Part shown: piece after piece, positions 1 through 9,730 of the stretch
How positions within the stretch are numbered: position 1 is the first letter of the stretch
Layout of the letters: every line of letters starts with the position of its first letter
Source of the DNA: Candidatus Poribacteria bacterium
GTDB taxonomy: Bacteria > Poribacteria > WGA-4E > WGA-3G
NCBI GenBank assembly: GCA_965205025.1
Contig: CBDBFU010000015.1
Location: 192,001-256,000 of the forward strand
Direction of reading: 5' to 3'
Length of the DNA: 64,000 nt
Translations under genes and position numbers: made by a program
Notes under the pieces: model-generated
Databases searched by the model: none
What the model was told of the DNA's origin: nothing
The model's input: the letters and a program-made list of their open reading frames with translations, nothing else

Positions 1-265
1 GTTTCTTTGCTTCTGCAGCCTTTATCATCCATTCTGCATGGTGTGGATGTATTGTAGCAATATAAACAGCGTCAATTTCATCATCGGCTAAGAGATCTTC
101 ATAGGTGCCATAGTGACGTGGTATATCAAAGTTTTGAGCAAATTCTTCTGCCTTGGTTTTCGTACGACTGGCAACTGCAAGGATCTGTCCTGTATCGGTA
201 AAACGCATCCCATTACAAAAAACATGTGCAATTCCTCCAGGTCCAATAACTCCCCAATTTAACAT
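1..265 (-). CDS. Gfo/Idh/MocA-family oxidoreductase, 5' part (runs off window edge)
   Basis: Manual translation from ATG at 265: MLNWGVIGPGGIAHVFCNGMRF...YGTYEDLLADDEIDAVYIATIHPHHAEW; Rossmann GxGxxA and the DAVYIATxHxxH motif. Confidence 0.85.
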   Translation of the reverse strand, partial: MLNWGVIGPGGIAHVFCNGMRFTDTGQILAVASRTKTKAEEFAQNFDIPRHYGTYEDLLADDEIDAVYIATIHPHHAEWMIKAAEAKK

Positions 266-369
266 ATAATTCTCCATCTAATGTGTAGGTATTGATGTTC
301 CAATATATCATATAACATCTTTTTTAGCAATAAATGGGAACGATCGGGTGCGTAAATAATTTGTCACTA

Positions 370-470
370 TAGACGTCAATTTAAGCATTAGACTCGTGGT
401 AGGAGTGCATTCCTTTCATACTTAAGTTATACAATTATTAACGCATGTGATTCACGAAGAATTGATCTAC
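370..470. repeat. Degenerate MITE-like element, TAGACGTCAATTT end family
   Basis: Left end tagacgtcaattt (370-382) is identical to the left end at 27205; right end is degenerate (gaattgatcta). Confidence 0.4.
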
Positions 471-658
471 TTTAAATTATAAACCCTTATAGAATACGGG
501 TTCGTGGAATTGCTCCGTGAAGGTTTCCGTGAAAGTGTAATCATCTCAGAACAATAAACATTAACACTTTCCATTCACATTATCCATACATCTAACGAAA
601 CACGGAAATACATCCTGTATTTCCCTGATTTCAGATATATATGATGTTTTCTAAAGAA

Positions 659-1126
659 TTATACATCAAGTTCTGTGCCACACCGCGGACATTCAGCACC
701 CCATGTTGACCTTCTACCTTCTCCACAGCCATGACATTCACCGAACGGATGCTCATCTGGTTTTGCTCGTGCACCACCTTTTTTATAAGTAATTATACGC
801 CAAACCGTTTCCCCATCCTCTTCCCAACAGTGCCATACACCCTCTTTTCTTCCGTCGGAAGATGTTCCATCATGGATTTTGTAAGGACCACCCCATTTGC
901 GATTCCCATTTTCATGGTAACATATATACTCCCCTTCGTACTTATCATCGCGGAAGTAGGCTACGCTGGAAATGTTCCCATTCTTGTGGTATAGTATCCA
1001 CTTCCCATCCTTTTTACCATGGACGAAGTTCCCTTCGCTTCGCTTTAATCCGCTCGCGAAATAGGTAATCCAATATCCATGCTTTTTACCATCAACCATC
1101 TCGCCTGTATCTCGTGAACTTGCCAT
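659..1126 (-). CDS. MORN-variant (YwqK-like) repeat protein with C-terminal CxxC...CxxC zinc ribbon
   Basis: Repeats GKKHGYWITY / GKKDGKWILYHKNG / GRKEGVW; C-terminal CHGC-x11-CPRC. Confidence 0.8.
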   Translation of the reverse strand: MASSRDTGEMVDGKKHGYWITYFASGLKRSEGNFVHGKKDGKWILYHKNGNISSVAYFRDDKYEGEYICYHENGNRKWGGPYKIHDGTSSDGRKEGVWHCWEEDGETVWRIITYKKGGARAKPDEHPFGECHGCGEGRRSTWGAECPRCGTELDV

Positions 1127-1305
1127 AATTTCATCCTCTGGTGTAGTAGTATAAATGTCTACCCGTTTTATTAGGAATACCTATTACAAGTTTAATCAAG
1201 GTATTCTCCAAGATTTTTCAACGTTCTTACCAACTTTGTAAAAAAGGGTGTTGTAACGCATGCAGAAGACATATAATTGAAAGGCTGCGGACATCTTTGT
1301 ATAGT

Positions 1306-2490
1306 TTATTTTACAATATCTGGATCAAGTTCCATTGCTTTTTCAAAATCTGCCTTTGCCGCATCCTGTTGTCCAAGTGCCTTTTTTGCAAGGGAGCGAT
1401 TCAGGTAAGCCACTGCTGCGTACTCTGAATTTAGTTCGATAGCATTATCATAATCACTTATCGCACCTTTATAGTCTCCAAGTTTCTGTTTCGCATTCCC
1501 TCGGTTTATGTATGCTGCTACCTCCTGTGAGTTTATTTTGATGACTTTATCATAATCATTTATCGCACCTTTATGATCACCAAGATTATTCCTTGATAAC
1601 CCTCGACTGATGTAGTTTAGGACATTTTCTGGATTTAGTTCGATAGCTTTATCATAATCACTTATCGCATCTATATTGTCACCAAGATTACTTTTCGCTT
1701 TTCCGCGCTTAAAGTAGGCATAAATAGACTCAGGGTCCAACCGAATAGCTTCATCTAAATTGGCTATTGCCTTGTCATATTGTTCTTTATCGTAATTCAT
1801 TTCTCCTTTAACGTAGTAGGCGTAGGAACGAATTGGTTTTCGTTTATGCCACTGTTTCAAAGACTCATTTGATTCTGACTGCATAAGCAATACCTTGACT
1901 GTATTGGAGGGAATAGCATGGCTAAAAAAATTACTATCAAAGGACTGAATTCCTACGACTTGTCCCTTACTGTTAAGCACGGGACCTCCGCTACTTCCAC
2001 TGGTAATATGAACGATCATCCTGAGCCACTTATCGCTATCCCGTATGCTGTGGAGTGTTCCCTCAGCAACCTTGTACTTCCCCTTAGGAAATCCTACAGC
2101 AGAAATAGGTTCGTTACCTCTTACAACATCGCTATTCCCAAAAGGAGGTGCCTCACCTTCACCCACAACATTTAAAATAACAAGGTCATTTTTTACATCA
2201 AACGCAGCAACACCTTTGACTTTCCAAGTCGTCTTTTTATCTGCTGATTTCATGGAGACAGGTCCTGGATGTGCGATAACATGAATGTTAGTCACAACCT
2301 TGTTACGATCCACGAAAAATCCGCTCCCATTATACGTTGAAAAAAAACCGAGTTTGCTTTCTACCCTGACAATAGAATTTCTGTATTTTTGGAATTCTGC
2401 GGTATTTTCAATAATCTGTTGGGGAGCTATCGCACAAGAAAAGAGAATCTCCAACATGAGAACACCTAAAAAATAATTTAAAGTACTCAT
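1306..2490 (-). CDS. Trypsin-like serine protease with C-terminal TPR repeats, probable lipoprotein
   Basis: GSGFFV, TNIHV (His), DLVIL (Asp), GSSGGP (Ser); TPR units AISDYDKAIELNP; lipobox-like LFSC. The native start is probably at 2521 behind a +1 frameshift. Confidence 0.85.
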   Translation of the reverse strand: MSTLNYFLGVLMLEILFSCAIAPQQIIENTAEFQKYRNSIVRVESKLGFFSTYNGSGFFVDRNKVVTNIHVIAHPGPVSMKSADKKTTWKVKGVAAFDVKNDLVILNVVGEGEAPPFGNSDVVRGNEPISAVGFPKGKYKVAEGTLHSIRDSDKWLRMIVHITSGSSGGPVLNSKGQVVGIQSFDSNFFSHAIPSNTVKVLLMQSESNESLKQWHKRKPIRSYAYYVKGEMNYDKEQYDKAIANLDEAIRLDPESIYAYFKRGKAKSNLGDNIDAISDYDKAIELNPENVLNYISRGLSRNNLGDHKGAINDYDKVIKINSQEVAAYINRGNAKQKLGDYKGAISDYDNAIELNSEYAAVAYLNRSLAKKALGQQDAAKADFEKAMELDPDIVK

Positions 2491-2525
2491 TCAAAACGTA
2501 TCTACAAATTGGTTTCAACATAATT

Positions 2526-2729
2526 TCATAAATCACCTTCATGTTTTCCATTACAAAATGATTCTTCACCAGACTGATTCCCGATTTTGTGATAATATAT
2601 CCACAGACCGTTCTTGTTTCCTTTAACGTAGTTCCCCCTCACTTCGTTTTAATCCACTTGCATAATAAGTAATCCAATTTCCAGGTATTTTACTATTAAC
2701 CATTTCACTAAATCTTTATTACTTGCCAT
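2526..2729 (-). pseudogene. Frameshifted, truncated MORN-repeat gene remnant
   Basis: RBS ggagg + ATG GCA AGT, then 1-bp loss; shifted frame reads EMVNSKIPGNWITYYASGLKRSEGNYVKGNKNGLWIYYHKIGNQSGEESF...EGDL*, homologous to 9043-9513. Confidence 0.75.
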
Positions 2730-2786
2730 AATTTACCTCCCAGACAGGATAGAATTATCAGCCTTTATTCATAAATACTTTAGATA

Positions 2787-5234
2787 TTATATTCCGAACC
2801 AATATCGACATTTAATCAGTAAGATGTTCTCTCCTTTGTCTGTGAGACTGCTGCCCAAGCGATGTAACGGACGGAGATTAAGGTCTGCTTCCTGAACTGA
2901 TTCCAAGACAGCTTCACGCGATTGAGACCAGACGAAAAACAGCGTACTTCCAGGACGAAATTCCCAGCGGAGAACAGTATTACCACGCAACGAACGTCTA
3001 TGGAAGTCCCGATTCTCATTTAGCGGATATGGTTCAAACTGATAAGACTTCGGTTCTACTAATTCTTTAAAGTTCGTAAAATCACCGATAGTAATGAAAG
3101 GTTGCACATAGAATTGGAGGCTCAGCGTTGGGGTGAAACTAATGTTCGCCCGTGTTGTGAAATCAAGTGTACGGTTCTCCAGTTCCCCATAAACGTAATG
3201 TTGCTGCGTTTTCCCATTGATATGCTTTTCAACGATATCCACCCATTGTGCATCCCGCTTCTGATAGTTATATCGTGGACCAACGGTAAACTCAACGTTA
3301 GATGCGATCCGAATGCGTAAGCTGAATCGGACATCGTACCCATACGAACTTTTATCGTCAGTCCATGAGAAGATTGGATTCAGCTCTAATTGAAGCATTT
3401 TACGAGTGTCAGTTGCCAACCGGGTGGCAACCCACCAACCCGATGGATTCTTAATCAACGTCCCGCCACGTCGAACATCTTCATCACTAAAGGATTCAAA
3501 GTTACGTCCAATCCAGAATTCGTAATCCCAATAGTTTTTAAAACGGCCAATTGTCCAAATTTCCGAGAAACTATTGATATTCACCCTGTCATAATTCCAA
3601 GTGCGCCAGCCATAAAGCCCAAATCTGACACGTCGGAAGATGCTAAATGGATTCTCTTTGCGTATCGTGAAGTCGTAATTCCAATCTAATTTGTCACCAC
3701 GTTGACTAAAACCGAGGTCATTTGTCTCAAAAGCCGGGGAGAGTGCTTTAAAATCGGTATCAAATCTCAACCATCCACCGCGTTTAGCAAAGTTGAAGTG
3801 GGTAAGGTAGCCTGATTTGCGGGTATCGAGTTTTCCTGCCTGACTTCCGGCTAAAGTGCCCCTTATTAGGTATCGCTCTTTGGCAAATTTCAAATCCCAA
3901 TCAAGTCCACCCACATAAGCAGCATTGGAGTTTTGACGGTTAACTGCTGTGGTTATCAACCCAACACGCGAATTCCCTTTTAGCACGTCTTGAGTGATGC
4001 GCCCTACAAAGTGGTTCGTCAAGGGTTCAACGAGATGTTCACTACGATTGCCGTTTTTCGTGATTTGGGCATATTCGGGTGCGGTAACTGCCTCCATGAT
4101 GCCAAAAGAAGTGTTACTATCAGTTCTACCGACAATCTTGGCGGCACCAAGTATCGTGGTCGATTCAGGACGGCTCAGTTCCTCGGCACCAGTGGGAATA
4201 TCAAAATGTCCCGGGCGTCGGCCAATACGTCGGGAATAAAAGAATCGATGTCCACTGGTTTGAAAGATAGACGCTCCCTCAACAAAGAAGGGACGACGTT
4301 CTTCAAAAAACTCCTCATAAGCGGATAAGTTTAAACTGGCAGGATCTGCTTCTACCTGCCCAAAATCGGGGTTGATTGTGGCATTGAGGGTGGTTCCGGT
4401 GCTAATTCCATATTGGATATCAGTACCAACATTTCCACTCAAATCAGTTTCGCTATTGAAGATCGCTCTGCCCATTGCATAAGGAACGATTTCAACATGT
4501 TGGGATGGACGGATATCTTTTATGCCAGTTAGATCACCCAAACGGGCAACCCAGCCTGGTTCATCCTTCTTAATTAACCGCCAATGTGCATCTTCTTTTT
4601 TTCTGCTAATATACCGATTAACTTGGAGACCCCAAACATATTCATCCTTTGGAGAAAAGCGCAGTACATAAAACGGGATTTTATACTCGACAGACCAACC
4701 GTCCGCGTGAATTCGCGTCTTAGCATCCCACACACCATCCCATGTCCTGTCGGGATATTTATTATCGGATATAATACCGTCTGTCACAGACCCTGAAGGA
4801 TGCACAGTAAACCAGAAAGCACTCTGTCTGTTGTAGTGTGGATCAATGTTAATATTGACTTTATCTACGTCAACAAAAACATTATCCCGTCTAATCAATT
4901 GCTTATCTATTTTTTTCGGTTCACTGTCATAGCACATGATTCCAAAGTAGAGTGCCTCGTCATCGTAGGCGACTTGGAACGTAGTGCGTTCTGTTGCAGG
5001 TTTTCCTTCATCGGGATCACGCTGGCGAAAACCTTCGTGGAGTGGGGCAACCTTCCAGATCGCATCATCCAAAATACCATCCAATTTTGGTTGGGATCCT
5101 TTAAGGCGAATAGCAGTGGCGGAACGGTGTGGTGAGACTTCTTCGACTTCAGCTTTTAGGCCGCCTGAGAATTGAAACACAAACAAAATCAAGACAAATT
5201 CCCAGACTATGCAATTGCCTAAATCAATTTTCAT
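2787..5234 (-). CDS. CBM9-like / DUF5916 outer-membrane carbohydrate-binding protein
   Basis: Signal peptide; PKLDGILDDAIW (CBM9-like); NPDFGQVEAD, FFEERRPFFVEG, FYSRRIG and LRWEFRPGS motifs; C-terminal YWF-type beta signal. Confidence 0.8.
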   Translation of the reverse strand: MKIDLGNCIVWEFVLILFVFQFSGGLKAEVEEVSPHRSATAIRLKGSQPKLDGILDDAIWKVAPLHEGFRQRDPDEGKPATERTTFQVAYDDEALYFGIMCYDSEPKKIDKQLIRRDNVFVDVDKVNINIDPHYNRQSAFWFTVHPSGSVTDGIISDNKYPDRTWDGVWDAKTRIHADGWSVEYKIPFYVLRFSPKDEYVWGLQVNRYISRKKEDAHWRLIKKDEPGWVARLGDLTGIKDIRPSQHVEIVPYAMGRAIFNSETDLSGNVGTDIQYGISTGTTLNATINPDFGQVEADPASLNLSAYEEFFEERRPFFVEGASIFQTSGHRFFYSRRIGRRPGHFDIPTGAEELSRPESTTILGAAKIVGRTDSNTSFGIMEAVTAPEYAQITKNGNRSEHLVEPLTNHFVGRITQDVLKGNSRVGLITTAVNRQNSNAAYVGGLDWDLKFAKERYLIRGTLAGSQAGKLDTRKSGYLTHFNFAKRGGWLRFDTDFKALSPAFETNDLGFSQRGDKLDWNYDFTIRKENPFSIFRRVRFGLYGWRTWNYDRVNINSFSEIWTIGRFKNYWDYEFWIGRNFESFSDEDVRRGGTLIKNPSGWWVATRLATDTRKMLQLELNPIFSWTDDKSSYGYDVRFSLRIRIASNVEFTVGPRYNYQKRDAQWVDIVEKHINGKTQQHYVYGELENRTLDFTTRANISFTPTLSLQFYVQPFITIGDFTNFKELVEPKSYQFEPYPLNENRDFHRRSLRGNTVLRWEFRPGSTLFFVWSQSREAVLESVQEADLNLRPLHRLGSSLTDKGENILLIKCRYWFGI

Positions 5235-5349
5235 ATTGCTTCCGTTCTCCTACGCGTGTCGTTGTTTAATCTTAACGCTTCAACGGATGCATTTTGTAGT
5301 AAAACCTTCCTCCAAAAAGAAGTTGTGAATGTTTTTAGGCGTAGGTTCA

Positions 5350-5813
5350 CTAAAGCACTGCTTTACCTTTCTTGATGCTACCCCAAGTTGTTGTTAATCT
5401 GCCAGCGGGAGAGACAGCAAGTGCATCCTCCAATCCTTTTGTCATAATATCATTGATGTCGTCTACATCCCAGCGGGGTTGTTGAAAATAGCTACCTCGT
5501 CGAGAACACCCGAAAAATCCCAACCTGCTCCACCTTTCCATCGTGCTAACCAGATAGAACCGCTTTCATTGTTTTTGGTAAGATCGGGTTGTCCAACGTT
5601 GATGTCTGCGGCTTTTTCACCGTCGCCATATAATATAAGCGTCTTGCCATCATTTCCTTTTCCTGAAGAGTCCTAAACTTCTGCCCCTTTTCCTAAATCA
5701 AAGAGCCACACACCCATTACAGATTCTGCGTCAATTGCCGCAAAACTTTCATGAACCCATAATCCAGTAACAAATAGGACCGATATAATCATCAAAATAT
5801 TAAAAACTTTCAT
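5350..5813 (-). pseudogene. LamG-like jellyroll secreted protein pseudogene
   Basis: MKVFNILM...GVWLFDLGKGAEV* (in-frame TAG) DSSGKGNDGK|TLILYGDG...FSGVLDEVAIFN, then a frameshift, then ...LAVSPAGRLTTTWGSIK; the central LamG segment is missing. Confidence 0.8.
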
Positions 5814-5876
5814 TTTCAGCCTCCTATTATTTTATTATCCTGTACGACAAACTATAAGTCAAGCTCTGTACCGCAT

Positions 5877-6017
5877 CAAGTGTGTAAATATTTTGTCCCT
5901 TGTTGTTCACAGAAGAAATCCAAGTTAATCTCCAATATGCTTGTGGCAATCAAGAAATCAGGTTAAAACCCTCCCACAAGAAAAAGCAAGGTTAGTGACA
6001 AAAACTTTACACACCCG
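5877..6017. mobile_element. MITE with ~21-bp imperfect TIRs and 7-bp target-site duplication (IS256-like ends)
   Basis: Left caagtgtgtaaatattttgtc, right gacaaaaactttacacacccg; flanked by accgcat at 5870-5876 and 6018-6024. Confidence 0.7.
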
Positions 6018-6050
6018 ACCGCATCGTGTGATTCTTAGAAATACATACTA

Positions 6051-6166
6051 ATACCATTTCTATTTAAATAGTTCACATTACGATCACTCTTAGAAGTCCC
6101 CCTGATAAGGGGGATTTAGGGGGTTTCTTCAATTAGTAATGAGTAATCATCAATTAGAAATGGTAT
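6051..6166. mobile_element. MITE-like element with 12-bp perfect TIR and internal GC hairpin
   Basis: ataccatttcta ... tagaaatggtat; internal ccccctgataagggggatttagggggg-like hairpin. Confidence 0.6.
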
Positions 6167-6199
6167 AATACATAAAAAGTGTTAACCATACCACAATGA

Positions 6200-6315
6200 C
6201 AAGACTTACGTAAATTGATCAAATATCGGAAATTTAGATATCAAAAGTGGTAATTTTCGTATTTTTAACCTCCTTCCGGTTATCAGTGGACTTTAAGAGA
6301 AAAGCGTAAGTCCTG
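6200..6315. mobile_element. MITE-like element with CAGGACTTACG-type ends
   Basis: caagacttacg (6200-6210) ... cgtaagtcctg (6305-6315), 10/11 inverted match. Confidence 0.55.
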
Positions 6316-6659
6316 AATAATTATTTTTCTTGCAACTTTTTTGGATATTGGTTTAAACTATATTATAATGTTATTTCATTGACTATCGTTCTCAGAACAT
6401 GTAGTGATTATAGTAAATCCTATATTTACTACACTGCTGTAGTGTAAACTTTCAGTTTGCATAGATACGAAGACAGAAACCCATAAGTTTACGCTGCGGT
6501 ACATACGGTAGGCAAGGTTCCTAACCTCGCAGTTGCAGAGCATCCAAATGATTCTTAAAATAGTATCTGTTTCTAAATGATTCAATGTGTGACATTTCTT
6601 ATTCAAGTCTCTTGATAGGCTAGAATAGCCTTCTTATACTATAAACAAAGACATACCGT

Positions 6660-8459
6660 ATGATAAAGAAACACGCGTTTATCTTTTCTCTATTTTTAAC
6701 GTTTCATGTATTTTTTTCAACGGTCGCATCCGCACAAGAAGATGTGCAACAATGGGGTTTACCGGAAGGTGCTATCAGACGTATCGGTAAAGGTACCATC
6801 AGTGAAGTTGTCTATTCTCCAGATGGTCAGCGACTTGCTGTTGCAAGCACCGTTGGTATATGGATTTACGATGTACACACCACTCATCCCTTGAACCTAC
6901 TTACGGAACATACAAATAGTGTTAAAAGTGTGTGTTTCTCCCCGGATGGTAGCACAATCGCAAGTGGGAGTCGTGACAAAACCGTTCGTTTATGGGAGGT
7001 AAACACTGGTAAGAATATAAAAACGCTCAAAGCACATACAGATAGTGTTGAGAGTGTGAGTTTCTCTCCAGATGGTAACACAATCGCAACCGGGAGTGCA
7101 AGTCTGTTTAGGGACAGCACTGTCCGTTTATGGGACGTAAATACAGGTAGAAATATAAAAACGCTCAAAGCACATACAGATAGTGTTGAGAGTGTGAGTT
7201 TCTCTCCAGATGGTAACACAATCGCAAGTGGTGGTGGTGGTGGACGTTTTGACAACACCATTCGTTTATGGGACGTAAATACAGGTAGAAATATAAAAAC
7301 GCTCAAAGCACATACAGATAGTGTTGAGAGTGTAAGTTTCTCTCCAGATGGTAGCACAATCACAAGTGGGAGTCGTGACAAATCCGTTCGTCTATGGGAC
7401 GTAAATACAGGCGAACTTCTCAAAACACTCATAGGACATTCAGGTGGTGTTGCGAGTGTGAGTTTCTCCCCGGATGGAAGCACCCTCGCAAGTGGGAGTT
7501 TGGACAGAACCGTTCGTATATGGGACGCAAAAACAGGTAGAAACATCAATACGCTCAAAGGACATACAAGTTATGTCTTGAGTGTGAGTTTCTCACCAGA
7601 TATTAGAACCATTGCAAGTGGAAGTATAGACAGCACTGTTCGTATCTGGGAAGTTACCACAGGTAGAAAAATTAAAACACTCACAGGACATACTGATCTG
7701 CTTACCAGTGTGAGTTTCTCCCCGGATGGTAGCACAATCGCAAGTGGGAGTCGGTTTGGGGACAGAACCGTTCGTTTATGGAACGCAAAAACAGGTAGAA
7801 ACATTAATACGCTCTCTGACCATACGGATTGGGTCAGTAGCATGAGTTTCTCTCCTGATAGTAGTACCATCGCAATTGGGGTTCAGGACAGAACCGTTCG
7901 TTTATGGGGCGTAAAAACAGGCAGAATCGTAAATACGTACAAAGGACATTTGGGTTGGGTTGAGAGTGTGAACTTCTCCCCGGATGGTAGCATACTCGCA
8001 ACCGGGAGTCGGGACAGAACCGTTCGTTTATGGGACGTAAAAACAGGAAGAAATATCCACATACTCACAGGACATGCAAGTTATGTTGTGAGTGTGAGTT
8101 TCTCCCCGGATGGTAGCATACTCGCAACCGGGAGTGATTTTAATGACAACACTGCTCGTCTATGGGACGTGAAAACAGGTAGAAATATCAACACGCTCAC
8201 TGGACATAATAGTGTGAGTTTCTCACCAGATGGTACCATCCTCGCAAGTGGCGGTTCAAACACCGTTCATTTATGGGACCCAAAAACAGGTAAAAATCTA
8301 AAATCACTTAGAGGACATACATATTCGGTCAGTTGTATGAGTTTCTCCCTGGATGGTAACGTCCTTGCAAGTGGGAGTTTAGACGGCACAATTCTACTGT
8401 GGGATGTCAGCTCGTTATTGTTGGAGTTACACACACCTGCTCAACGTCAAACACGATAG
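6660..8459 (+). CDS. Secreted WD40-repeat protein (~13 repeats)
   Basis: Signal peptide ending ASA-QE; repeated GH-x-x-x-V-x-SVSFSPDG...SGSxDxTVRLWD units. Confidence 0.9.
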   Translation: MIKKHAFIFSLFLTFHVFFSTVASAQEDVQQWGLPEGAIRRIGKGTISEVVYSPDGQRLAVASTVGIWIYDVHTTHPLNLLTEHTNSVKSVCFSPDGSTIASGSRDKTVRLWEVNTGKNIKTLKAHTDSVESVSFSPDGNTIATGSASLFRDSTVRLWDVNTGRNIKTLKAHTDSVESVSFSPDGNTIASGGGGGRFDNTIRLWDVNTGRNIKTLKAHTDSVESVSFSPDGSTITSGSRDKSVRLWDVNTGELLKTLIGHSGGVASVSFSPDGSTLASGSLDRTVRIWDAKTGRNINTLKGHTSYVLSVSFSPDIRTIASGSIDSTVRIWEVTTGRKIKTLTGHTDLLTSVSFSPDGSTIASGSRFGDRTVRLWNAKTGRNINTLSDHTDWVSSMSFSPDSSTIAIGVQDRTVRLWGVKTGRIVNTYKGHLGWVESVNFSPDGSILATGSRDRTVRLWDVKTGRNIHILTGHASYVVSVSFSPDGSILATGSDFNDNTARLWDVKTGRNINTLTGHNSVSFSPDGTILASGGSNTVHLWDPKTGKNLKSLRGHTYSVSCMSFSLDGNVLASGSLDGTILLWDVSSLLLELHTPAQRQTR

Positions 8460-8562
8460 ACAACTGTACAACTACACACCTAACAAATCCTGTAGCAGAT
8501 TACTAAACCGGGTTAGTCTTCACGCTCTTTATCGTCATGGAAAACGCTGATTAGGAGTTATC

Positions 8563-9027
8563 TTAGTCAAGTTCTGAGCCACACATTGGACAGTTATCTT
8601 TCCAATTGGAACGTCTACCTTCACCGCAACCGTGACATTCACCGAACGGATGTTCATCTGGTTTCGCGCGCGCACCACCTTTTTTATAGGTGATGATACG
8701 CCAGACCGTTTCGCCATCCTCTTCCCAGCAGAGCCAGATACCTTCTTTTCTACCATCGGAAGAAGTGCCATCATGTTTTTTGTAGGGACCACCCCATTTG
8801 CGATTCCCATTTTCATGGTAGCATATATAATCGCCTTCGTACTTATCATCACGGAAGTAGGCTACGCTGGAAATGTTTCCATTCTTGTGATAGAGAATCC
8901 ATTTCCCATCCTTTTTACCATGGGCGAAGTTCCATTCGCTACGTTTTAATCCATTCGCGTAATAGGTGATCCAATACCCGTGTTTTTTACCGTTGACCAT
9001 CTCACCTGTATCTCGTGAACTTGACAT
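8563..9027 (-). CDS. MORN-variant repeat protein with C-terminal zinc ribbon
   Basis: Near-identical to 659-1126; CHGC...CPMC. Confidence 0.8.
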   Translation of the reverse strand: MSSSRDTGEMVNGKKHGYWITYYANGLKRSEWNFAHGKKDGKWILYHKNGNISSVAYFRDDKYEGDYICYHENGNRKWGGPYKKHDGTSSDGRKEGIWLCWEEDGETVWRIITYKKGGARAKPDEHPFGECHGCGEGRRSNWKDNCPMCGSELD

Positions 9028-9042
9028 AATTCACCTCTTGAC

Positions 9043-9513
9043 TTATAACTTCTCAATCTCAGCATCACACTTTGGACAACTATCCACCCAACTTAAACGA
9101 CGCCCTTCACCACAAACATCGCACGTGCCGAGAGGATACTCATCCGGTTTTGCACGACTGCCACCTTTTTTATAGGTTACGATTAACCACACAGTTTCTC
9201 CATCATCCTCGTAATTAAACCATACCCCTTCCTTTTTTCCATCGTATGATTTACCTACGTGTTGAGGGTAGACTCCTTTGGATCTCAGATTTCCATTTTC
9301 GTAATAAGTGATACAATCACCCTCATATTTTCCATTGCGGAATGAAGCCTCACCAGACTTATTCCCGTTTTTGTGATAATTTATCCACAGACCATCCTTT
9401 TTACCGTGAATGTAGCCCCCTTCACTCCGCTTTACTCCACTCGCATAATAGGTAACCCAATACCCATGTTTTTTGCCATTAACCGTTTCACCTGTGTCTC
9501 GTGAACTTGCCAT
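9043..9513 (-). CDS. MORN-variant repeat protein with C-terminal zinc ribbon (more divergent paralogue)
   Basis: Start placed at MASSRDTGE (9513) by paralogue comparison; CDVC...CPKC. Confidence 0.8.
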   Translation of the reverse strand: MASSRDTGETVNGKKHGYWVTYYASGVKRSEGGYIHGKKDGLWINYHKNGNKSGEASFRNGKYEGDCITYYENGNLRSKGVYPQHVGKSYDGKKEGVWFNYEDDGETVWLIVTYKKGGSRAKPDEYPLGTCDVCGEGRRLSWVDSCPKCDAEIEKL

Positions 9514-9625
9514 AATTTCACATCTTTTGCTGTGGAGCAGAATATCCGCCCGTTTTATTGAAATTTCTATCACAAATGTAATTCAAGGTACACGTATTGC
9601 CTAGTGGTCTGTCCTTACTCAAATT

Positions 9626-9655
9626 GTAGGTCGGGTAGAGCGAAGCGAAACCCGA
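9626..9655. repeat. GTAG-type REP-like hairpin
   Basis: gtaggtcgggtagagcgaagcgaaacccga. Confidence 0.45.
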
Positions 9656-9730
9656 AATTACTCCTGAAATGTTGTTTTATATAGGATTTCGTTACTTAAG
9701 CTACAATTTTAACATGGACTCTCCACTAGT

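Noticed and set aside
5673-5677. In-frame TAG in the LamG gene as possible recoding (pyrrolysine or alternative code)
   Set aside because: The same gene also has a deletion and a frameshift, and TAG is used as a normal stop elsewhere in the window
6376-6606. 76-aa minus-strand ORF, and similar short intergenic ORFs such as 24676-24942
   Set aside because: They overlap repeat or REP-like DNA and show no protein motifs
6884-8263. Long antisense ORFs with periodic repeats opposite the WD40 gene
   Set aside because: Shadow frames produced by the repeat codon pattern; no RBS or independent protein features
659-9513. MORN paralogues as a diversity-generating retroelement template/target pair
   Set aside because: No reverse transcriptase in the window, and differences between copies are not visibly adenine-specific
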